A stretch of DNA of 64,000 nt from an archaeon (lineage in GTDB: Archaea; Nanobdellota; Nanobdellia; Pacearchaeales; GW2011-AR1), in the NCBI GenBank assembly GCA_024278335.1, contig JAJRTJ010000003.1:11586-75585 (forward strand), written 5' to 3'. Positions within the stretch are counted from its first letter, which is position 1. Every line of letters begins with the position of its first letter. The position numbers were made by a program, and so were the translations under genes. This document shows positions 58,409-64,000 of the stretch, piece by piece. The notes beneath the pieces are model-generated. The model saw only the letters and a list, made by a program, of their open reading frames with translations. It searched no databases and was not told the DNA's origin.

Positions 58409-61400
58409 ATGAAAGATAAGAAAAATTATTTGGCGGGAATGGTTGTTTTAATAGTGCTTGGGCTGTCTTTTATTAGTGCTTATTCTTCTACGGGTTCATA
58501 TTATACTTATTCTAATCCTATTTATTCTAATTTAGCTCCAGGAGATTTAGGAGGGAGACTCCCTGACCAAGAGTGTAATGCAGGGCAGGATTTTTTATTG
58601 CAGCTTTCTCCTCTGGGATGCAGTCCTGCTGTTGTAAGGGCAGACCTTTTAGAAGAGCAGAATGTGCCGGTGTTTTGCCCAATTGCTGCAACAAAAATAA
58701 ATCCTTTAATTGATGTTGATGTTATAGAAGATATTTATTTTTCTGGGCAATATCCTAAGGAAGTTGCAGGAGTTGCTTTTTATCCTGCAAAGGCAGCATT
58801 AGGAACTGATGAAAATATCAACACTCCTGTTGATGCAAATGTAGGGTATGCAGTGATTGTTTTAAAAAGGCAGAAAAACAGCTCTGCTATTCCTGAATTT
58901 TTGAAATTTAATATGACCGCGAGATTAAGATATGATATTAAAAATGCTTTTGGAGTTGGACAGGCTAATTTTCTTGTCCCTGAAATGACTGACGAGGCTT
59001 GGGAGAGAAATTATATTTATTATTCTTTTTGGAATAAAAAAGGATTTTTGAAAACTGATTTAGTTGAAGAAAATACAGCAACTGTTTCTGTTTATGCTGA
59101 AAACAATTATAAATTAGGGACAGTGCATCTTCGTGCAGGAGAAACTTCAAGAAGAATTTCTATTCCTGATTGGGATTGTTATCTTGGAATTAATCTTAGA
59201 CTAAATGATGTTGTGAATCCAGACACTACAGCAAAATTAAGGGTTAATGCAGATGGAGTTCAAGTAAGAAAAGGGGGGAAATTTTTAGACAATAAATGCA
59301 GTGTTATTGAACTCAAAAAATACGGATTGTTTCAAGAAGCAGAAATTTCTTGCAGAGAGGATAACAAGCCAACAAGATTTTCTTTAATAATTAATCCAGA
59401 GGTTTCTTTGACTATTGATGAAAGTAAGGGGAGTTATCAAATTGGAGATAAATTGCCAATTAGTGATGGAAATAATGTTTATTATCTTGGATTCATTGGG
59501 GGATTTGAAAAATTAAAAAACGGCGAACTTATTGAAAGAGATGATTTAGAAAATTTATATGTTTTTATTTATAAAGTTCCTGTTTCTAATAATGCTGGAG
59601 ACAAGCTTGGTAGAGATAAGATTAAATATGTTGCAAATAAATATGAAGAAAAATTAGAGGCAGCAATTCGTAAAGGGAGAGAGCCTGAAGATGATGGGGG
59701 AGTTTGGGTAAAAGCAGGAGGGAGGGAATCTGTTGGGGGGAAACAGGTTGTTTTTAATGGATTTGCAGATGCAAATAATGAGCTGATTAATGAGGATTTT
59801 AAAGAAAATTATGAAAATGCATTAAAAGATTTTAGAGCTATTTTAGATAGTTATGCAAATATTAAAGAAAATGAAAAAACTTATGGGGAGCTTGCTTTAG
59901 AAGAAGCAATTGAAATTTCTAATATTGTTGAGCAAAGAAAAAAGGTTGTTGAGTTGTGCCAAGAGTTTGAGGAATTATACCCTAAGGTAAGTTTGCCGGG
60001 CATTTGCAGTAAACAGCTTCTTTTATCAAATGTAGGAAGCTCTGAAATAAGTGTTTTAATTAATGGAAAAACAAGTGTGATTTCTTTTGATGGGATTTTT
60101 GAACCAAGATTTGAAGATTATGGTGTTGTTGTTGATATTGATGGTGTTTCTTATTTTTTGAAAAAAGATGAAAAAGTGTTTTTAAAATCAGCAGGAGAAA
60201 AGATTAGTGATAAAGAGTATATTCAGTTAGTTGATTTAGATACAAGTCAAGCTAAATTTCAAATTAATTTTAAGAGCAGTAAAAGAATAGATGAGAAAGA
60301 AAAGATTGAAGAATATGTTAGCAGAGCTATTGTTGCTGAAAAAAACAAGATTGGTAGTTTTGGAACTTTGCATAATCTTTATGTTAGGGAGATTTATCTA
60401 AATAAAGTTGCAGATGTTTCTGTTTTGCCTAGTATTGAATATACTAATTCTGAGGCAAAGTTTGCTGTGGGTATTGGAATTGAAAAAAGAGCAATTGAGC
60501 TTTCTCCTGCATGGACTAAAAAGAAAATTAATCAGTTGAATAAGACAATTGCAAAGTGGGGAGATAGGTCAGAGAAACTTGGAATGATGGTCAAGGGTTT
60601 GAAAGGCGCGTGTATTGGGGTTGGAACTTCGCTTATGGTTAAGAATTTTTTCTCTGGGTTAAGCGGGGAAAGTATTGCAAGAAAAGATGTAATGAATAAG
60701 CACTGGAAGCAGGAGTGTGCAAGAAGAGTTGAGGAAGGGGAGTTTAAGTATCTGGATGTTTGTTATTTGAAAAATGCAGATGAAATAGACAGGGATGTTG
60801 CGTTAGAGCAAAAAAAGATTAAAGAATATAATGAAAAAATGAAAATCTGGCAAGATAACTCAGATATAACTAAAAAGAATTTTTGGGGAGAAGATATTGT
60901 TGATGAAGAAAAGCTTTCAAAGAAATTTTTCCCTCAAGTGAGAAATAAATTAGCTGATTTTAGTGGGGGGAAATTTGTTAATCCAGAAAGACCTAATGAA
61001 GAGCCAATTGAATTAGGGAAAGGTTCTGCAGTTTATAATGCATTTGATATTTCTAAAATGTCAATTGAAGAAGCAAGAGAAATTGACTTGAATTTAGGGA
61101 TTATTAATGATAATTCTGCGAATGAGGGGCTGAAAAAAGCTTCTAAAAAAAGGCTTTATGAAATTCTTTCTGATATTAATAATAGAGAAGCACAAAATCA
61201 TCAAGTAGAAACTTTGGCAGAGTCTCTTAACATTCCACCTAGCGTGGTAGGAGTTATTGAAGAAAAAAATACTAAAACAATTAATTTAATGGGAAGTTAT
61301 CTTCCTCCAACGAATAAGCGAACTTCAGATTATGGAGGGGTTAAATTTGGCGAGAATATAAAAGGAATTTATGTTTTTCAAACAACGGGGGGGGGAGATG

Positions 61401-63541
61401 GAAGATATTTAGTTACATATGATGCTCAGGGAGTTGTTCAAAATACTTATAAGAAAAATGACGGGCAGTGGAAAGTGGTTGACAATGAGAATTCCAATCC
61501 CAATAAATTAAGATTTAAAATTTATTCTGAAAATTCTTATCATAATGAGTATAAATCTTCTTATGCATCATCTACTGGGCCTGTTGTTCGTTATTATGAG
61601 AGAGAGCCGTATAAAGGGCTTCCTGCTGTTGTTCCTTTTGATTTAAAAAATGGATGGTATGCTGCTACTCGTCAGGCTCTTCCTGTTTTAGGTAGGATTG
61701 GGGCTTATGATGATTCTGGAAGAGTTGTGAGTTTTTATGTGTGTAATGTTGGTAAAAATGGCAGAGAGGAATTTAAGATTACTGGAGATGATATTTGCCA
61801 GCAAATTAATACTGGAACAGGACAACCATATAATGTTTTTCCAGGTTTGTCTCCTTCTGAAGCTTCAAAAGTTATAAGGTGTGGGCAACAGGCAATTGAG
61901 CAAGCATCTAAGGCATATAGGAAGGGAATTAGTGGGAGAATCCCGATTAGAACAAGTTGTGGAAGCGCTTCTGTAAAAGTTGGCAAGCCTGCAATTGATG
62001 TGCCTGAGATTGAGTGCCAGGATATTATGTCTCCAAAGTCATGTGCTTTGTTGTTTAATGTATGCGACCCAGTGATTTGTCCTGCGAGCAGGTGTGATTT
62101 TGGCGGAAGCTTTCCTGTTCAAGACCCTGTGCAGTCTGGAATTATTGGAAGCTTGTTGCTTTGTTTGCCTAATTTTAAGGGATTTGGAGGGGATGTAGTT
62201 ATTCCAACTTGCTTAACTGGATTAAAAGCAGGAATTGACAGCCTGCTTTCTGTATTCCAATCTTATAGAGACTGCTTACAGCAAAATTTAGACAGCGGAG
62301 AAATGGTTGGAATCTGCGACGAGGTTTATAGTGTGCATCTTTGCGAGTTTTTTTGGAGGCAGGGGCTTCCTTTGGCAAAAGTTGCTATTCCAAAAATGTT
62401 TGAAATGCTGTTAGGCGGAGCTTCTCGCGGCGGAGGAGAGTATCAAACAGTCAGTGCTGCGTGGGAAAATGCAAAAGCTTCTGCAGATTATTTTACGGGT
62501 TATTATGCTGCAAATGCATGGAAGTCTTTTGCTGCACGAAGCCAGGATACAGAACAAGTCGGCTCTGAGGTATGCAAAAATTTTGCATCTGCAAATTATG
62601 GATTGAATTTAGACAAATTAACTGACCCCGATTCGCCTCCTCAATTTCATGGAAGATTTGATGAAATTCCATTTACAACTGCAACCAACCCTCCAACTTC
62701 TCAATATAAGGTGTTTTATCATATTTATGCTGGAAAAGACTCTCAAGTTTATTATAGGGTTTATTTAAAGGGAGATGTTGGAAGCTCATATTATCAAGAG
62801 GTTTCAGGAAACAGGCTTGTTGCTTCTGGATATATTAAAAAAGGCGACTATGCTTCAGAGACACTTGACTTTACTGCTCCTTCTGGATACAAAGAGCTAT
62901 GTATTAATGTTAATGGGCAGGAAGAGTGCGGGTTTAAGCAAGTTTCTACTTCAATGGCGATTAATTATGCAAAGGACTTTTATATGAAAGATATTGCAAG
63001 CCAAAAAAACATTAAAAGCGAGAAAGAGTGTGTTTCTGGAAAACCAAGTATTTATAGTGCCTTGAATCCAAATGTGCAAGAAGGGGCTTCTGAGATAATT
63101 GCTCCTGAGATTTATAAAAGAGGAATTATCAGAATCTGCGCAACAGAAAACCCTGGCAAAGGAACAGACCCTAAGGCAAACTTGGAAGGTTCAAGATGGG
63201 TGCAAGTTGGAGATTGCGGAACTCCAAAAATAAAGTGCTGGCTTGATACAAAGAGTGTGAAAAATGTAATCTATGATTTAAAGGTTGAAAATCAGACACT
63301 TCAAGATGTTCAAAATTATTATTTAAAAGTTTTAGACAAGCAAGGAAAATGGGAAAAACAAGAGTATGAAAGTTTTGTTAGTAAGTTAAAGGACGAAGGT
63401 CCTGGGGACAAAATAGCTTTAATTGATAAAAATATTGAAAATGTATTTTATAATAAACATAAAGCAAATTTGCTTTTAATTAGAGGGCAAGCCTATGCTG
63501 AGTTGGCTAAAAGGGGAAAGAGTGAGGAGGAAGAGGAATAA
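58409..63541 (+). CDS. Giant (1710 aa) secreted Cys-rich protein
   Basis: Signal peptide …SFISA; Cys-rich core such as FNVCDPVICPASRCDFGG; starts immediately after the pilin-like gene. Confidence 0.8.
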   Translation: MKDKKNYLAGMVVLIVLGLSFISAYSSTGSYYTYSNPIYSNLAPGDLGGRLPDQECNAGQDFLLQLSPLGCSPAVVRADLLEEQNVPVFCPIAATKINPLIDVDVIEDIYFSGQYPKEVAGVAFYPAKAALGTDENINTPVDANVGYAVIVLKRQKNSSAIPEFLKFNMTARLRYDIKNAFGVGQANFLVPEMTDEAWERNYIYYSFWNKKGFLKTDLVEENTATVSVYAENNYKLGTVHLRAGETSRRISIPDWDCYLGINLRLNDVVNPDTTAKLRVNADGVQVRKGGKFLDNKCSVIELKKYGLFQEAEISCREDNKPTRFSLIINPEVSLTIDESKGSYQIGDKLPISDGNNVYYLGFIGGFEKLKNGELIERDDLENLYVFIYKVPVSNNAGDKLGRDKIKYVANKYEEKLEAAIRKGREPEDDGGVWVKAGGRESVGGKQVVFNGFADANNELINEDFKENYENALKDFRAILDSYANIKENEKTYGELALEEAIEISNIVEQRKKVVELCQEFEELYPKVSLPGICSKQLLLSNVGSSEISVLINGKTSVISFDGIFEPRFEDYGVVVDIDGVSYFLKKDEKVFLKSAGEKISDKEYIQLVDLDTSQAKFQINFKSSKRIDEKEKIEEYVSRAIVAEKNKIGSFGTLHNLYVREIYLNKVADVSVLPSIEYTNSEAKFAVGIGIEKRAIELSPAWTKKKINQLNKTIAKWGDRSEKLGMMVKGLKGACIGVGTSLMVKNFFSGLSGESIARKDVMNKHWKQECARRVEEGEFKYLDVCYLKNADEIDRDVALEQKKIKEYNEKMKIWQDNSDITKKNFWGEDIVDEEKLSKKFFPQVRNKLADFSGGKFVNPERPNEEPIELGKGSAVYNAFDISKMSIEEAREIDLNLGIINDNSANEGLKKASKKRLYEILSDINNREAQNHQVETLAESLNIPPSVVGVIEEKNTKTINLMGSYLPPTNKRTSDYGGVKFGENIKGIYVFQTTGGGDGRYLVTYDAQGVVQNTYKKNDGQWKVVDNENSNPNKLRFKIYSENSYHNEYKSSYASSTGPVVRYYEREPYKGLPAVVPFDLKNGWYAATRQALPVLGRIGAYDDSGRVVSFYVCNVGKNGREEFKITGDDICQQINTGTGQPYNVFPGLSPSEASKVIRCGQQAIEQASKAYRKGISGRIPIRTSCGSASVKVGKPAIDVPEIECQDIMSPKSCALLFNVCDPVICPASRCDFGGSFPVQDPVQSGIIGSLLLCLPNFKGFGGDVVIPTCLTGLKAGIDSLLSVFQSYRDCLQQNLDSGEMVGICDEVYSVHLCEFFWRQGLPLAKVAIPKMFEMLLGGASRGGGEYQTVSAAWENAKASADYFTGYYAANAWKSFAARSQDTEQVGSEVCKNFASANYGLNLDKLTDPDSPPQFHGRFDEIPFTTATNPPTSQYKVFYHIYAGKDSQVYYRVYLKGDVGSSYYQEVSGNRLVASGYIKKGDYASETLDFTAPSGYKELCINVNGQEECGFKQVSTSMAINYAKDFYMKDIASQKNIKSEKECVSGKPSIYSALNPNVQEGASEIIAPEIYKRGIIRICATENPGKGTDPKANLEGSRWVQVGDCGTPKIKCWLDTKSVKNVIYDLKVENQTLQDVQNYYLKVLDKQGKWEKQEYESFVSKLKDEGPGDKIALIDKNIENVFYNKHKANLLLIRGQAYAELAKRGKSEEEEE

Positions 63542-63609
63542 AGAAAAATAAGGGGGATAATTCAGAGGGTTTTCTAAGGAAATGGCCTAAAGGCCTCAAA
63601 ACCCAGAAA

Positions 63610-63693
63610 TGAGGGCGGAAGGATTTGAACCCTCGCAGGCATTATGCCACTGGAGCCTAAATCCAGCCCGTTTGACCACTCCGGCACACCCTC
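63610..63693 (-). tRNA. tRNA-Leu(UAG)
   Basis: 84 nt; CTGGA-TTTAGGC-TCCAG anticodon arm; long variable arm; GGTTCAAATCC. Confidence 0.95.
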
Positions 63694-63771
63694 ATGAGAT
63701 TATGATAAAGCAGGTCTTTATTAAGTTTATTGGTTGTTGGTTTTTTAGAAATATAAGTTTTTAGTGTAAAT

Positions 63772-64000
63772 TTATTCTTTCTTTTTACTTTCTTTTTCTT
63801 TTGCTTTAATTTCTTCTTCAAGCTCTAATCTTTCAATTAATTCTTTGTATCTATTCCTTATTGTTACTTCTGTTATTCCCGCAATATCTGCAACTTCTCT
63901 TTGAGTCTTTTTTTCATCATTCATTAAAGCAGCGACATAAAGTGCTGCAGCTGCAATTCCTGCAGGCCCTCTTCCAGAGGTTAATTCTACCCTATTTGCA
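63772..64000 (-). CDS. tfb: Transcription initiation factor TFB, C-terminal fragment
   Basis: [15 protein letters not shown]…[24 protein letters not shown]. Confidence 0.96.
   Translation of the reverse strand, partial: ANRVELTSGRGPAGIAAAALYVAALMNDEKKTQREVADIAGITEVTIRNRYKELIERLELEEEIKAKEKESKKKE

Noticed and set aside
56280-63609. tRNA-bounded genomic island
   Set aside because: No integrase and no duplicated tRNA end (att) was seen, and the composition looks like the rest of the chromosome.

Overview
AT-rich, gene-dense chromosome segment of an archaeon. The gene set is archaeal (RadA, TFB, GINS, aIF2-alpha, eS1, eL42, SRP54/FtsY, Bud32, a BHB-intron tRNA). The compact genes, TATA boxes about 20-25 nt before the start codons and the surface-protein families point to a DPANN lineage, probably Pacearchaeota-like (inference). 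Four accessory blocks sit among the housekeeping genes. (1) A complete type IV/Tad-like pilus locus at 12.1-25.7 kb: ATPase, platform protein, ten class III signal-peptide proteins including two minimal pilins, and a prepilin peptidase. (2) An array at 26.4-33.0 kb in which three MNT-HEPN pairs alternate with paralogous multi-TM membrane proteins, with a dead IS200 tnpA inside. (3) A 4,675-bp transposon (46925-51599) bounded by 24-bp inverted repeats and a 9-bp target duplication, carrying an IS6-like transposase, a zinc-ribbon gene, a type II R-M pair and a frameshifted PD-(D/E)xK nuclease. (4) An RHH gene, a pilin-like gene and a 1710-aa Cys-rich protein in one operon. I also found four tRNAs, several small genes missing from the ORF track (36-aa pilin, Cys-free Nop10, zinc ribbon, RHH) and a repeat-flanked pseudoknot. 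All calls are by-eye motif recognition; no database searches were run.
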